Shown: one piece after another, positions 9,890-21,611 of the stretch
How positions within the stretch are numbered: the first letter of the stretch is position 1
How the letters are laid out: every line of letters begins with the position of its first letter
Origin: Histomonas meleagridis 2922-C6/04-290x
Taxonomy: Eukaryota > Protista > Parabasalia
NCBI GenBank assembly: GCA_020184695.1
Contig: JAANOX010000190.1
Coordinates: 186,744-250,743 of the forward strand
Length of the DNA: 64,000 nt
Reading direction: 5' to 3'
Notes under the pieces: model-generated
What the model was told of the DNA's origin: nothing
The model's database searches: none
The model's input: only the letters and a program-made list of their open reading frames with translations
Position numbers and translations under genes: made by a program

Positions 9890-12800
9890 TCATGTGATAT
9901 CAATTCCAATTTTTTTCAACTTCTTTATTTCTTTTTGTATTTTCACCATCGTCACCATTTTGTCTTGTTTTAATTGGTCCGAATCGCGTGTGTATTGCGA
10001 AATCATGTTTTGAATGTTATCGAATTCTTTTTGTGATGTGATGTGTTCGGAATCGGTTTCCACAGAATTTTTCAATGAAATAATTCTCTTTTTGAGAACC
10101 GAAATTTTGTTTTTTAATTTTTCTTTTTTGGAAATTATTTCTTTCAAATATCCAATTCTATCACTTAACACCATTTCTTCAAATGCCAATTTTTTCTTAT
10201 TTTCAATCATTTCATTTTCTTCTTGAATATTTTTTCGTAATAATAATTTGATTTCTTGTAAATTTGTATTGTTTCCGTTTCTTCCTTTTTCGATTTTTAT
10301 TTTTAAAATTTTATGGATTTCTCTTTGTTCATTTATATCATTTTTAAGTTTTTCAATTTCGTTTAATTTTTCGGATATTTTTGCGTCCAAATTCAAATTC
10401 GTTTCAGCGCTTTCGCGTAATGCGATTTCGAATCTTTTTCGTTGTCTTTCGATTTTCGTTGAACCATTAATTAAAGTAATTTTCTCAAGTCGTTCGATTG
10501 CGTTTTTTAAGTTTTTATTTGTTTCTTGATATATATTTAATGAATCGCGAATTTGATTTAATTTAAGTTCAATTAAATTTTTTTCTTTTTTCTTTTTATA
10601 ATATAAAGAATTGTTTTTACTGTTGTTTTTGATTTTATTTGTTATTTCGTTTACATTCGCATTCGTAAGTTTTGTTTGTATTGGAATTGTTCTTTTATTA
10701 AACGATTTTTGTTTTGTGGTCGAAAGTGATACATAAAATGATTCAACAAAATCAAACGAAATGAAATTTTGTTGCTTTTGGTTTTTTCGAGTCATTTTAA
10801 TGCGATTTCCAAGAAATTGTATCTCGTTGTTGATTTTCTTGAGTTTTTTCTTCGCTTCTTTAATCATTTGTTCAATTTCAGATTCTTTGAATTGCTTTAG
10901 TGAATTGACATTTAAGTCTTTTTGTTGCTTTTTCCCAAGCGTTTCAACATTAATGTATAAGTTTTTGGTAAATTCGGTCTTATAAAAACTTGTAATTGGT
11001 TCCGTTGATAAATCTTGTTGATCATTATTAGTTTTTTTATCATTTAATGAAGGTAAAATAGAACTTGTTGTTGGTTTGATTATATTTGCTATTTTGGGTT
11101 TGAAATCAACTGAAGATTTTGCATGTGTAAGTATAGGTCTTATAAAAGTGTCACTGTCGGTTTTGTCATCTATCGTTAATTTTAACGGTTTCCGTGCGCT
11201 AACGGTCGTTTTGCTGAAGAATTCTTCTTTCGAATGTTTGCGGATGATGTTGACGAGTTTATCAAGTTCAGCATTGTTGTCACCTTGATCGGAAACATCT
11301 AATTTGAAAGAGATTGTTTTGGAACTATTTGAGGTTCCAATTGTCACTGAATCAGAATTTTTGGAATATAATTTTTTCGATTTGCTTTTACGTTTTTCAT
11401 TTTCTTTGCGCTTTTTTCTTTCTGAGTTATCTGCGCGTTCGCTGCTTATTGATTTTTCGCCATAACTTTGGTATTCTTCGTTCTCATTTCTATGGGGTTT
11501 TCTATTATTATATAAAATTGCTTCGCTTATTCTTTTTGGTTTTCGGCTATTACTTTTGAGTTCTTCACTCTCTGATTCTTCTTCTTTGATGCTTTTGGAT
11601 TTGTTTTTCATTATTTGTTGTTCTTCGCTCTCTGATTCACTTTCTTCTTCGTTTTCATTTCTATGGGGTTTTCTATTATTATATATTATTGCTTCACTTC
11701 TTCGTTTTGGTTTTCGGCTATTGCTTTGACGCTCTTCAATATCTGATTCTTCTTCTTTGCTTACGATTTTTACTTTGTTTTTTGTTTTGCGATGTTTTCG
11801 CTTTTCTGATTTATCAGTGTATTCATTATGTATTGATTTTTCACCATAACTTTGGTATTCTTCGCTCTCTGATTCACTTTCTTCTTCGCTTTCCTTTCTA
11901 TGGCGTTTTCTACTGTTATATAAAGTTGCTTCGCTTCTTCTTTTTGGTTTTCGGCTATTGATTTGACGCTCTTCAATATCTGATTCATATTCTTTGATGC
12001 TTTTGGATTTGTTTTTCGTTTTTTGTTGTTCGTCGTTCTCTGAATCGCTTTCTTCTTCGTTTTCTCTTCTTTTATGCTTTTTGCCTTTGGATGATACTAC
12101 TTCACTTCTTCTTTTTTGTTTTTGTTGTTCTTCGCTCTCTGATTCATCTTCTTCTTTGCTTACGTTTTTTGCTTTATTTTTCGTTTTGTGATGTTTTCTC
12201 CTTTCTGATTTATCATCACTTTGGTATTCTTCGCTCTCCCATTCATCTTCTTCTTTGCTTACGATTTTTGCTTCATTTTTCGTTTTGTGATGTTTTCTCC
12301 TTTCTGATTTATTAGTGTGTTCATTATGCATTGATTTTTCATCATCGCTTTGGTATTCTTCGCTCTCTGATTCATTCTCTTCTAAACTTATGTTTTTGAA
12401 TTTGCTTTGCTTTCTTTGGCGCTTTTTGCTACAAGACGATATTACTTCGCTTCTTCTCTTTGCTTTTTCATCACCAATTTGCTGTTCTTCGCTCTCTGGT
12501 TCACTTTCTTCTAAATTTATGCCTTTGGATTTATTTTGCTTTCTTTGGGGTTTTGTACAATTAGAAAGTATTAACTCGCTTCTTTCTGATTCATTTTCGT
12601 CAATGCTTCTGCTTCTTACATGACTTTTATTATTTAATACCTCTTCACTTCCTTCTAATTTTTCTTCATTTTCTGATTCATTCGAATAATCGCTTTTGCA
12701 TTTTGGTTTGCTTTTCTTTTTAGATAGTGTTTTTTCGTTTTTTTCTGCTTTTTGTCTGTTATTTCGGTATTTTCCGCCTTTTGATTTCGTGCTATATCCG

Positions 12801-14272
12801 CTTCTTCTGCTTGGCTCTTCACTACTTTTTTGATATTCTTCACTTTCTGATGCATTGGAATTATTGCGATGACTTTGATACTCATCATTTTTATATTTTG
12901 TTTCATTTTTCTGATTAAATTGTTCACTTTCGGATTTATTTGTTTCTTTGTTATTACGCGTCGCTTTATTTGGTGAATTTTCTCTTATTTCATATTTCAT
13001 GCTTCTGTTCTCGTTATTATTTGTCTGATATTCATTTTCTGATTCATCTTTTCCATTTTCTCCATTATTCACTTGATGAAGTTTTTCATTATTTTTATTT
13101 TTTGAAGAAATATTATTATAATTATATTGTCGACTTTCTTTCTCTTTGTAAGTTATGTTTTCATTATTTTTTCGTTTTTCATTTTGCTCCAATTTAGAAT
13201 TTGTTTCTTTTGTTATAGATTTTTGGTTTTCTGTTTCATTATTATTATTATTGGATAAATCTAAAAAATCCTTTTTGCCTTTAGAAAAGGTATTTTTCCT
13301 TGTTTGCAAAATGTTTAAATCTTTTTCCTTTTCTTGTTTATTTTGATTGTCACTTTCCTTCACTTTTTGAATGCTTTCTGATCGGTCTGTTAAACTTCTT
13401 GTTTTCTCTGTAGGAAAATCAGATAATTTACCAGTTGAATCTGCAAAAATTCCATTGGGAGTTGAGCTTAAGTTTGAAGAATTTAATGAATATTTTTCTG
13501 AGAATTCAATAGAATTTCTTTCACAAAATGAACTTAAAGAAATGGCTGACAATACGCTCGACCCAAAAGTTAAAGTTGATGGGAATGCTGATAGAGCATA
13601 ATCTTGAAAAATTTCTTCAAGATTTGAAAAGATTGGAAGTGCTGATTGAAGTTGACCGTTTAATTCATTGAAAAATTGATCGTCATCAACAGAATTATTG
13701 AATTGAGATTTAATCAGAACAATTTTCGCCATTTTGCTTTGTAATGAAGCAATTTGTTCTTGAATATGTGGCGGAATTTTGTATTTAGAAAAATCCATCT
13801 CTTGAAGATATTTGATGGCTTCTTTCTTTAACTCTTTATTCATATTAACAAGTTCATTTTTAAGAGAGTTTAACATAGTAATTTGACTTATTATCTCTTC
13901 TTCCGAATTTAATTTTTCTTTATAAGTCGACGAATAAGACTTTATATCTTCAAGATTAATTTGGAGCTTTTCAATTTCAGATTGGATTCTTTTGAGAGCT
14001 ACTCCACGTGTTTTCTTTAATAAGCTTCCTGAATATTTTTGGAGTCTTTTAGTAGCTGCTTGTTTTTCTTTTATTGCATCCATTTTTAATTTCTCAAAAT
14101 TTATTAAATCCTTTTGAATTGAATCTAAGTAATCACGCTTTTCAATGATTTCTCTTTGCAAACTTTCATTTGATTGAATAATACTTTCAATAGAATTCAT
14201 TAATTGTTCGATTGAATACAACAATTCCTTATTTTGACATTGAGCTTTATGTAGCTTTTTAAGAGTGAACAT
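9890..14272 (-). CDS. Large coiled-coil protein with central acidic/basic low-complexity repeats
   Basis: 1460-aa ORF; N- and C-terminal heptad regions; central EESESEEYQS / KRRSEA / KNVSKEE modules. Confidence 0.8.
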   Translation of the reverse strand: MFTLKKLHKAQCQNKELLYSIEQLMNSIESIIQSNESLQREIIEKRDYLDSIQKDLINFEKLKMDAIKEKQAATKRLQKYSGSLLKKTRGVALKRIQSEIEKLQINLEDIKSYSSTYKEKLNSEEEIISQITMLNSLKNELVNMNKELKKEAIKYLQEMDFSKYKIPPHIQEQIASLQSKMAKIVLIKSQFNNSVDDDQFFNELNGQLQSALPIFSNLEEIFQDYALSAFPSTLTFGSSVLSAISLSSFCERNSIEFSEKYSLNSSNLSSTPNGIFADSTGKLSDFPTEKTRSLTDRSESIQKVKESDNQNKQEKEKDLNILQTRKNTFSKGKKDFLDLSNNNNNETENQKSITKETNSKLEQNEKRKNNENITYKEKESRQYNYNNISSKNKNNEKLHQVNNGENGKDESENEYQTNNNENRSMKYEIRENSPNKATRNNKETNKSESEQFNQKNETKYKNDEYQSHRNNSNASESEEYQKSSEEPSRRSGYSTKSKGGKYRNNRQKAEKNEKTLSKKKSKPKCKSDYSNESENEEKLEGSEEVLNNKSHVRSRSIDENESERSELILSNCTKPQRKQNKSKGINLEESEPESEEQQIGDEKAKRRSEVISSCSKKRQRKQSKFKNISLEENESESEEYQSDDEKSMHNEHTNKSERRKHHKTKNEAKIVSKEEDEWESEEYQSDDKSERRKHHKTKNKAKNVSKEEDESESEEQQKQKRRSEVVSSKGKKHKRRENEEESDSENDEQQKTKNKSKSIKEYESDIEERQINSRKPKRRSEATLYNSRKRHRKESEEESESESEEYQSYGEKSIHNEYTDKSEKRKHRKTKNKVKIVSKEEESDIEERQSNSRKPKRRSEAIIYNNRKPHRNENEEESESESEEQQIMKNKSKSIKEEESESEELKSNSRKPKRISEAILYNNRKPHRNENEEYQSYGEKSISSERADNSERKKRKENEKRKSKSKKLYSKNSDSVTIGTSNSSKTISFKLDVSDQGDNNAELDKLVNIIRKHSKEEFFSKTTVSARKPLKLTIDDKTDSDTFIRPILTHAKSSVDFKPKIANIIKPTTSSILPSLNDKKTNNDQQDLSTEPITSFYKTEFTKNLYINVETLGKKQQKDLNVNSLKQFKESEIEQMIKEAKKKLKKINNEIQFLGNRIKMTRKNQKQQNFISFDFVESFYVSLSTTKQKSFNKRTIPIQTKLTNANVNEITNKIKNNSKNNSLYYKKKKEKNLIELKLNQIRDSLNIYQETNKNLKNAIERLEKITLINGSTKIERQRKRFEIALRESAETNLNLDAKISEKLNEIEKLKNDINEQREIHKILKIKIEKGRNGNNTNLQEIKLLLRKNIQEENEMIENKKKLAFEEMVLSDRIGYLKEIISKKEKLKNKISVLKKRIISLKNSVETDSEHITSQKEFDNIQNMISQYTRDSDQLKQDKMVTMVKIQKEIKKLKKIGIDIT

Positions 14273-14599
14273 GATGAAGGCTTTTTAATGAAATTCACGT
14301 TTTCTTATTTTCGGTGTGATTGAAAACGTATTTTTCTAATTAGCAGCTTAACGGTCAAAAATCTTTTTCAGATCACATGACATATGCTTTATCGTAGTGA
14401 AAATGCCATTTATATTCTCTGAAATATTCGTGTCATTCATTCAATTTCGAAGATAAAAGTGTCGCTTATTTCAATCAAAAGTGGTCACTTCTGTTTGTGA
14501 GGTCTTTTTTGAGGGGTATGTTTGCCCCGTAACGGTTGTTTTTTTGAAATTCAGACCATAACCGTTGTGCTCGGCCTTATTTGGTGAATCATATTTTAG

Positions 14600-16051
14600 A
14601 TGTCTAAATCTGGGAAAAAACAAGCTTCTCAAAGTGCCGATTTGACATTCAGTGCAAGCAAGTCAAACTTCTCTGAATGGTATGAAGAGCTCATGGCAAC
14701 AGCTGGTATTGTTGACACAAAACATTGGGATGTTAAAGGAATGCCAATCTTCCTTCCTTATGGCTACTCAATGCATAAAGCTATCATGAGCCTTTTCGAA
14801 GAAGAGTACAAAAAAATTGGTATAAAACAATGTCAATTTCCAGCATTTATTCCAAAATCATTCTTAACTCGTGAAGCAGAACATGTTAAAGGTTTTGAAA
14901 AAGAATGCTTCTGGCATGAAGATAAAATGTGTCTTCGTCCAACTTCTGAAACAGCAATGTATTCAATGTTTCATTTATGGGTTAAGACAGAAGAAGACCT
15001 TCCACTTATGGTCCAACAATCATGCAATGTTTACCGTTATGAAACTAAGAACACCCGTCCCTTAATTCGTGTTAGAGAGATTCCATGGAATGAAGCTCAC
15101 ACAGCACATGCAACTCCAGAGGAAGCCTACGAGATCCTTGACAAGTTTTGGGATATTGTTCATCATGTTTTAACCGAATGCTTATCAATTGATGGTCTCA
15201 GATTGAGAAGACCAGATTGGGATCGTTTTCCAGGTGCTGAGTACACAGATGTGTTAGATGTTGTCATGCCATGTGGCCGTGTTCTCCAAACAATTGGTTG
15301 CCATTATCTCGGACAACATTTTTCAAAAGTATTTGACATCAAAGCTAATGGCGTCAACAGCTATATGACATGCATTGGTGTTTCCACACGTGCATTAGCC
15401 GCTGTTCTTTCAATGCATGGAGATGACAAAGGTCTTGTTTTGCCAACAATTATTGCACCATATCAAGTCATCATTGTTCCAATTCTTAACAAGAAGACCG
15501 AAGCAGCCATGATTGAGAAAGTCAACGAAATGAAAGAAGCTCTTGTTGCTGCAGGAATTCGTACACGTGTCGATCTTAATCAACAAAAGCGTCCTGGTGA
15601 GAAATACTTCTACTACGAGATGAAAGGAGTTCCATTACGTATCGAATTCGGTATGCGCGACCTTCAAGCCGGCAACTTTGTTCTTGCAATTCGCGGAATT
15701 GATGGCAAACAAACCGTCAAAATTTCAGAACTTGTCCAAAAGTGCCAGGAGTCTTTGGTTCAATATGACAATGCACTTCGTGAACGTGCACAAGCTCATC
15801 TTAAGTCACGAATTGTAGACTGCAGCTCAATCGAAGAGATTGCTGATGTCCTTCAACAAGGAGGATTCGCAAGAATTCCATATTTCACAATGGATAAGAG
15901 CGGAGCGGATGGAGCTGACGAAATACATGAGAAGTGCGGCGGAGAAATTCGTGGATACAGACCTTTGGAACAACAACCGGGCGAAGGAGTGAAGTGCATC
16001 ATCACTGGAAAGCCTGCTAAATACTGGGCATACGTTGCTCGTGCATACTAG
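14600..16051 (+). CDS. proS: Prolyl-tRNA synthetase (eukaryote/archaea-type)
   Basis: FSEWY, LRPTSET, YRYETKNTRPLIRVREIPWNEAH, KGVPLRIEFG, C-terminal VARAY. Confidence 0.95.
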   Translation: MSKSGKKQASQSADLTFSASKSNFSEWYEELMATAGIVDTKHWDVKGMPIFLPYGYSMHKAIMSLFEEEYKKIGIKQCQFPAFIPKSFLTREAEHVKGFEKECFWHEDKMCLRPTSETAMYSMFHLWVKTEEDLPLMVQQSCNVYRYETKNTRPLIRVREIPWNEAHTAHATPEEAYEILDKFWDIVHHVLTECLSIDGLRLRRPDWDRFPGAEYTDVLDVVMPCGRVLQTIGCHYLGQHFSKVFDIKANGVNSYMTCIGVSTRALAAVLSMHGDDKGLVLPTIIAPYQVIIVPILNKKTEAAMIEKVNEMKEALVAAGIRTRVDLNQQKRPGEKYFYYEMKGVPLRIEFGMRDLQAGNFVLAIRGIDGKQTVKISELVQKCQESLVQYDNALRERAQAHLKSRIVDCSSIEEIADVLQQGGFARIPYFTMDKSGADGADEIHEKCGGEIRGYRPLEQQPGEGVKCIITGKPAKYWAYVARAY

Positions 16052-16482
16052 AAACAAATAAAGAACTAAATTTTATCATTAAAAATGATAAATGATAAAG
16101 AAAATTAATGTTTTTGTTGCTTATAAATGTTTAAGAGGAAACTTTTGGATGTCTTTCTCTTTATTATTTTATTCCACATACTTTGCATACGAATGTTTGA
16201 TAGAACTATTTTCTGCAATATCAATTTTTTCGAAAAATTTTGTTATTTGATTGGTACTTGTGTGGGTGTCCTGTTTAAACAGTGTGGAATCAATCACTAA
16301 ATACTTTATTTTTTCCAAATAATATGTGAATTTTAGCTCAGCATTTTGATACGAAAAATGTTTTAAACAAGTTTCATGATAAAGAATATCAACAGCATTT
16401 GTATTGATAATGAAAACATTTTGTCTTCTTCAAAATGCGGTTATTGCGGTTTTGTTGAACAAACCTTGTCAAATTCATAACA

Positions 16483-18198
16483 ATGGATTTCTCTTACTTC
16501 GAAAAACTTAATCAAAGAAGATTCATTAAAATGACAAAAATAGGACATAAGCAGCGTCGCCTTGTAATTTATCCAGGTTTTAAAAACTTTATTTCAAGAA
16601 TTGTCGATGGTCAATCACTTCAAAGAAGCTTTGAGCAAATCCATTTCTTTGACAATGATTTTACCTTTAATTCTGATGAATGCTATGCTTTTATTATCCC
16701 ACCTGAAATCCCAGTAATTCGTCATATCATGTGGTGCAAGGAAAACACAGAGTCTAATCCAATGGTTGAACTTTGGTTCCAACCAAGAATCAATGAAATA
16801 GTCACTGCCTTTTTAGTTGATTCCAATTTTGCACCTGAAGCAATTCTATCAAAATTTCCAACAGAAGAAAACTCTGCGTTAAAAAATGGCCAAACACCTG
16901 TTGAAAACCTCTTTATTTATAACCTAGAATTAGATGTTGTTCCACTTGACAATGACGTTTTGACAATAAATTCACCATTTTCATTTATGAGGGCATGGAC
17001 AATGAATGATCTTACAGTCGTCTCCGAGTTTAGGAAAGCCCTTGATGTTATTAGTAACTACATTGGCTTTGCTAGTATCAGTGCAATTGGAAATTTATCT
17101 ACATCAATTGCTAAAACAGTTCCTACGCCCACCAGCACCAACACAACACATTTGATATTGATAGACAGGTCAACAGATCTCATTACTCCATTAATCACAC
17201 AAATGAATTATGAAGGATTAATTGCAGAATTTCTTGGAATAGACTGTGGTGTCACCTCTGTCGAAAACGAGTCTGGCAAAAAGCAACTTCAAATCCTTTC
17301 ATCTCAAATTGATAAATTATTTGGATACATCAGATCAATGAATCATACCGAAGTTTCAGCTGAAATTGAGAGCCGTACTTCGCAAGTCTCAGAGAAGTTT
17401 AGTAAGAAGGCATCTAATGCCGATGAAACTGTCAGTCTATTTCGTGAGACTGCTCAAGCAGCGCTTGAGAACCAAACATTAGTTGACCATATTAACATCA
17501 CCACTAAAGTTTTAAACATGATGAAACAATCCCGTTTCTTCCGTCGTATGATGAATTCCGAAGCTGACGCATTAAGTGGCACTTTTGATCTAAACGGTCT
17601 CTATAAAGAGATGCTTGAATACGGAGAAGATTTCCGTCGTGTTATCCGTATGTTATGTCTTGAATCCTTATTACGTGGCGGAGTCCAAGATTATCCTAAG
17701 TTAATTAATTTCATTGTGTTTAATTATGGATTTCAAATGGTACCATATCTTCTTCGTTTACAAGAAGCTGGACTTTTTGGACAAAGCGGACCTAAGTGGA
17801 GCCCATTTGTCAAGAATTTCCAGCTCTTTGTAAGTAATTACGAAGAATTAAATGATCAAGCTGCATATTGTTATCTCGGTTATGCACCTCTTTCGGTTCG
17901 TTACGTCCAACGAATCATCGGAGGAGAGTTTGCGGCTGTGAATAAGGCCGTAACTGAGATTTTGCAACAAGAATGTTTGCAAATTGGAAAAGTGTCAAAC
18001 AATTTGGAAGGCGATTTTTTGATTTGCTTCGTCGGAGGATGCACTCACTCGGAGTTAAATTGCTTCAGAAGGCTCCAGGAGAGAGATGTTGGATATCAAA
18101 ACAAACATTTCCAGGTAATGACTACTGACATGATGAGTTCGAATGACTTCTTCGATCATATAGCGTACCAAATACCTGGATGGTCACCAACTGTGTGA
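16483..18198 (+). CDS. VPS33: Sec1/Munc18 family protein, Vps33-like
   Basis: LDVVPLDNDVLT, LILIDRSTDLITPLITQMNYEGLIAEFLGI, GYAPLSVR, CFVGGCTHSELNCFR. Confidence 0.8.
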   Translation: MDFSYFEKLNQRRFIKMTKIGHKQRRLVIYPGFKNFISRIVDGQSLQRSFEQIHFFDNDFTFNSDECYAFIIPPEIPVIRHIMWCKENTESNPMVELWFQPRINEIVTAFLVDSNFAPEAILSKFPTEENSALKNGQTPVENLFIYNLELDVVPLDNDVLTINSPFSFMRAWTMNDLTVVSEFRKALDVISNYIGFASISAIGNLSTSIAKTVPTPTSTNTTHLILIDRSTDLITPLITQMNYEGLIAEFLGIDCGVTSVENESGKKQLQILSSQIDKLFGYIRSMNHTEVSAEIESRTSQVSEKFSKKASNADETVSLFRETAQAALENQTLVDHINITTKVLNMMKQSRFFRRMMNSEADALSGTFDLNGLYKEMLEYGEDFRRVIRMLCLESLLRGGVQDYPKLINFIVFNYGFQMVPYLLRLQEAGLFGQSGPKWSPFVKNFQLFVSNYEELNDQAAYCYLGYAPLSVRYVQRIIGGEFAAVNKAVTEILQQECLQIGKVSNNLEGDFLICFVGGCTHSELNCFRRLQERDVGYQNKHFQVMTTDMMSSNDFFDHIAYQIPGWSPTV

Positions 18199-18453
18199 GA
18201 TTATGAGTAAATTAGTTGGCTATTATAATTTTATATTTTAACATAAATATACAATGAATTTAATCGTATTAACAAAATGGAATTGGATACGTAATTTGAA
18301 CAAAACAAAAATATGAATAATTTACTAAATAAATAAAAATTATTTTCGTAATGTGAAGTGTTTTTGAATTGAAAGAGAAATAATCGTTTACAATTCAATT
18401 ATTCTATCGTTTATATTCTTGAAATAAAAAAAGTAAAAAATTACATATATAGA

Positions 18454-19599
18454 TTAGTTTATATTTTGAAGTTTCTTTTTCCTGAAAAGATTATCTTTTA
18501 TACTTTTTGGTAGTGTATGCATTTCTTTCGCCTTGAATCCAATGACTGCTTTTAATTCTTCAAATTCTTTGTCATCTGTCTTAAGAATAGGAATCTTCCA
18601 TTTCTTGTCATAATCTTGTATCAATCTTCTTCCTTTTATAGTAATGACGCTTTTGATTGACGTCGTATCTACTTCGTCATTAGTTTCTTCTTCATTAAAA
18701 CTTTCGTTCAGATTCGAATCGTTTGACACTTTTTGACCGTTTGTTTGATGAGTGACTCTGTAAACAAAAGACAATGTTCTTGAGCCAAGCATCCAATTAA
18801 TACAGAGTACCTCAATGGTGTCTTTGCTTGTTGGATCAAAACGTGATTGAATTACATCTTGACAAGAATTATTGATGTCAATAATTCGTAATTTGGTGAA
18901 AGACATGTCATTAATATCCCTTGGGTGATATAGAATAGCAAATAGATCTTTTGAATAAGCAGAAATTTGGAAAATATCATCAATTGTTTGGAAATCGGGT
19001 GTTGAGACTTGTGTCTGAAAATTTTTATGGAGATCATATATATAAAATGTACCATCAGCAGAAGCAATAAGAACTGAGCTATCTTCAGTTTCTCCTTTCA
19101 TGTATGGAATAAATGAGATCTTATGTTTACCTTTAGCCGATTTACATAAAACATCACTGTAAGAAAATACTATTTCTTTTGCAATAGTGTCATAGATATG
19201 AATTATCCTATTAATATCTATGAAGGCTAAATATTTGGAATGTTGAAATTCTGATGAAAATGCAACAGAGGTAATAGGTACATCGCTAGAGTAAATTATT
19301 TCAGGTTCCCAAGAACATAGTTTAAAACGCCATAAAATTACTTTTCCATCGTAACCAGATGATGCAAGAATAACTTGATCTCTTTCGATACCAAATGACA
19401 ATCCAAGTACATCATTTGAATGCGCATGAATAGTAAAATTAGTGGTATTTGAAGGAAGAGAAGAAGATTCATTTCCTTGAAGATCATTTGGTGAAAAGCC
19501 CAAAGAAATAGGAAACACATTAATGGATCCGACAGAATTGCCTATGGCTAGATTTATTGAAAAACGATCAACGGCAACACATGTAACACTTGGCTCCAT
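18454..19599 (-). CDS. WD40-repeat protein (divergent, Sec13/Seh1-like repeats)
   Basis: HAHSNDVLGLSF..LASSGYDGKVILW; ATG at 19599 (the ORF-track start 19644 is TTG). Confidence 0.65.
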   Translation of the reverse strand: MEPSVTCVAVDRFSINLAIGNSVGSINVFPISLGFSPNDLQGNESSSLPSNTTNFTIHAHSNDVLGLSFGIERDQVILASSGYDGKVILWRFKLCSWEPEIIYSSDVPITSVAFSSEFQHSKYLAFIDINRIIHIYDTIAKEIVFSYSDVLCKSAKGKHKISFIPYMKGETEDSSVLIASADGTFYIYDLHKNFQTQVSTPDFQTIDDIFQISAYSKDLFAILYHPRDINDMSFTKLRIIDINNSCQDVIQSRFDPTSKDTIEVLCINWMLGSRTLSFVYRVTHQTNGQKVSNDSNLNESFNEEETNDEVDTTSIKSVITIKGRRLIQDYDKKWKIPILKTDDKEFEELKAVIGFKAKEMHTLPKSIKDNLFRKKKLQNIN

Positions 19600-20075
19600 T
19601 TGGTCTGGTGAACGTTTAAACCCAAGAAACTTGAAAAAATACAAATATAATAATAATTAATTATAATCACTATTAGAATCAAAAATATTAAAAAACAAAA
19701 CACTTCGAGCAAAGGGCCATCTATCTATGTATAAATTTTTACATTTAAATATTAATTAATTAAATTTAAACTAATACTTTTGATCCTTTACAAAAAAAAA
19801 TTACATAATATTAATAATTATTCTATGTCAATCAAAAATAAAAATATTTATCATGAATAGAATGTTTTCTTGTGTTAAATTTAAACACAGTTAATTTATG
19901 ATTTAATTTTTGTTCATCATATTTGATACCATCTATATCCTAAAGAAAATTTACAATTCCCTTTTTCTTCCTTTAGCTACAATTAAAATTGCTATATCAA
20001 ATTATTTTAAAATATTCCAAATATTGATATAAAATATCAAAATATAACAGCAAAAATTATTTTATTTAATTAGAT

Positions 20076-20280
20076 ATTTTTGGCATTAACATCAATTCCT
20101 TCTTGTTCAAGAAGTAATTTAACTATTTCTGTATGACCATTTGAAGATAGAAATATAAGTGCTGTTCTGAATAATTTAAATAATTTCCAAATATTATTTT
20201 GATATCCTAAATTATTAAAATGAATAATACAAATAAATATCTTCAGAATAGCATCAATTCCTTCTTGTTCAAGTAATTTG
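20076..20280 (-). pseudogene. Orphan ankyrin remnant with a decayed 17+3 spacer
   Basis: Minus strand block TALIFLSSNGHTEIVKLLLEQEGIDVNAKN (20165-20076), preceded by ATATCAAAATAATATTT-GGA-AATTATTTAAATTATTC-AGA; total spacer 73 nt (degenerate). Confidence 0.75.
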
Positions 20281-20711
20281 ACAAATGGTGGAATATTATC
20301 TTTATTAAGAAAAGCTTTGACAAAGTATAAATTATAATGGGACGATGTTTCACAAATAATATCATCGTAAATTTCAGTTTTATCTTCTAAAAATGAAAAA
20401 AATTGATATTTCTGTTTGAATGCATTTATTTCCTAAGGTATTTATAGTATTTCATATGAAATTTCCTTATCAAATATATTCATTATTGATTCAACTGAAG
20501 ATTCAATATCCATGTCATCTATACTAAAAATAATATGAACCATATTACTTGGTTTGTTAAGGCATTCGAATTTAACAATTTACAAAAAATGAAGCGGCTT
20601 GAGTGTTTAAAGTATTGAAATTTAAACATCGAATTATGACGAATATTGAAATCACATTATTTAAAAATAAATAATAAACGGTATGATAAATTTAACGGTC
20701 TTTAAAAATAT

Positions 20712-21452
20712 ATGAATGAAAATTTAACAACAGATTTCATTATCGAGTTTGTAATTCACAATATTAAATGTAAAAACTCAAAATGCTTGCCAATGCCACT
20801 GATTGTTAGTGTCCCAGGCTGCACTGATTTTGTTATTAATCCAAAAATTGCAACTGTCTGTAAAATAAGTTTCGAAAGTGGAAAAAGACTTAAGTTCACA
20901 CACACAAACATGAAAGCAATGAAAATAGTATTTGCTTTAGTTGAATCATTTAATAATAAGATAATTCATGGTTTTTGTTGTATTGACTTTTTTAATTTCC
21001 TTGATTCAATAGATGACTCAACACCACAAATTTTCAATGTAGAAGCAACTCTTGTTACACCTAATGGGAAAATGTTTGGAATTTTAAATTTTTCATATCA
21101 ATTCTTCAATATGGAAAGCTTCCAACAAACAAAGGAAGATCTAGCTATTTATTCTACGAAGGTTTCTGCCACAAAACAACAAAATTCATCTATTTATACT
21201 CCTCGAAGAAAAATATCATTCCGTCCAACATCGCCAATTTCAGCATTTTCAGAGTCAAAGCCTCACACTCCTACATCGAGTAGGAGCTTTAGAACACACT
21301 CTGTTACAGATTCTTCAATTCATGAAAGATATCTATCCAAAAGTGAAACAACTAGTAAAAGCTCAAGCACAAGAACACCGCGCAGTGGAGGCGAAAATAG
21401 ATCAAATACCAGTCCATTTTCCAGGAAAAGTCGTACTTCATCTTATCATTGA
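20712..21452 (+). CDS. Hypothetical protein, possible C2-like beta-sandwich N-terminus + S/T/R-rich tail
   Basis: 246-aa ATG ORF, beta-rich N-terminus; TAACGGT motif upstream. Confidence 0.55.
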   Translation: MNENLTTDFIIEFVIHNIKCKNSKCLPMPLIVSVPGCTDFVINPKIATVCKISFESGKRLKFTHTNMKAMKIVFALVESFNNKIIHGFCCIDFFNFLDSIDDSTPQIFNVEATLVTPNGKMFGILNFSYQFFNMESFQQTKEDLAIYSTKVSATKQQNSSIYTPRRKISFRPTSPISAFSESKPHTPTSSRSFRTHSVTDSSIHERYLSKSETTSKSSSTRTPRSGGENRSNTSPFSRKSRTSSYH

Positions 21453-21611
21453 TTGATTTCACAAACTTTTTGTTATTAATAAAAAAAAATTGCGTTAATT
21501 TGTTTCTTTTATAAAATCACCAACAACGATTTTTATAAGTAATTTCGAAAAGTTAAATTAAAATTCAATTATTACAAATTAATTTCACAAAAGCTTAACT
21601 CTAATTAACGT

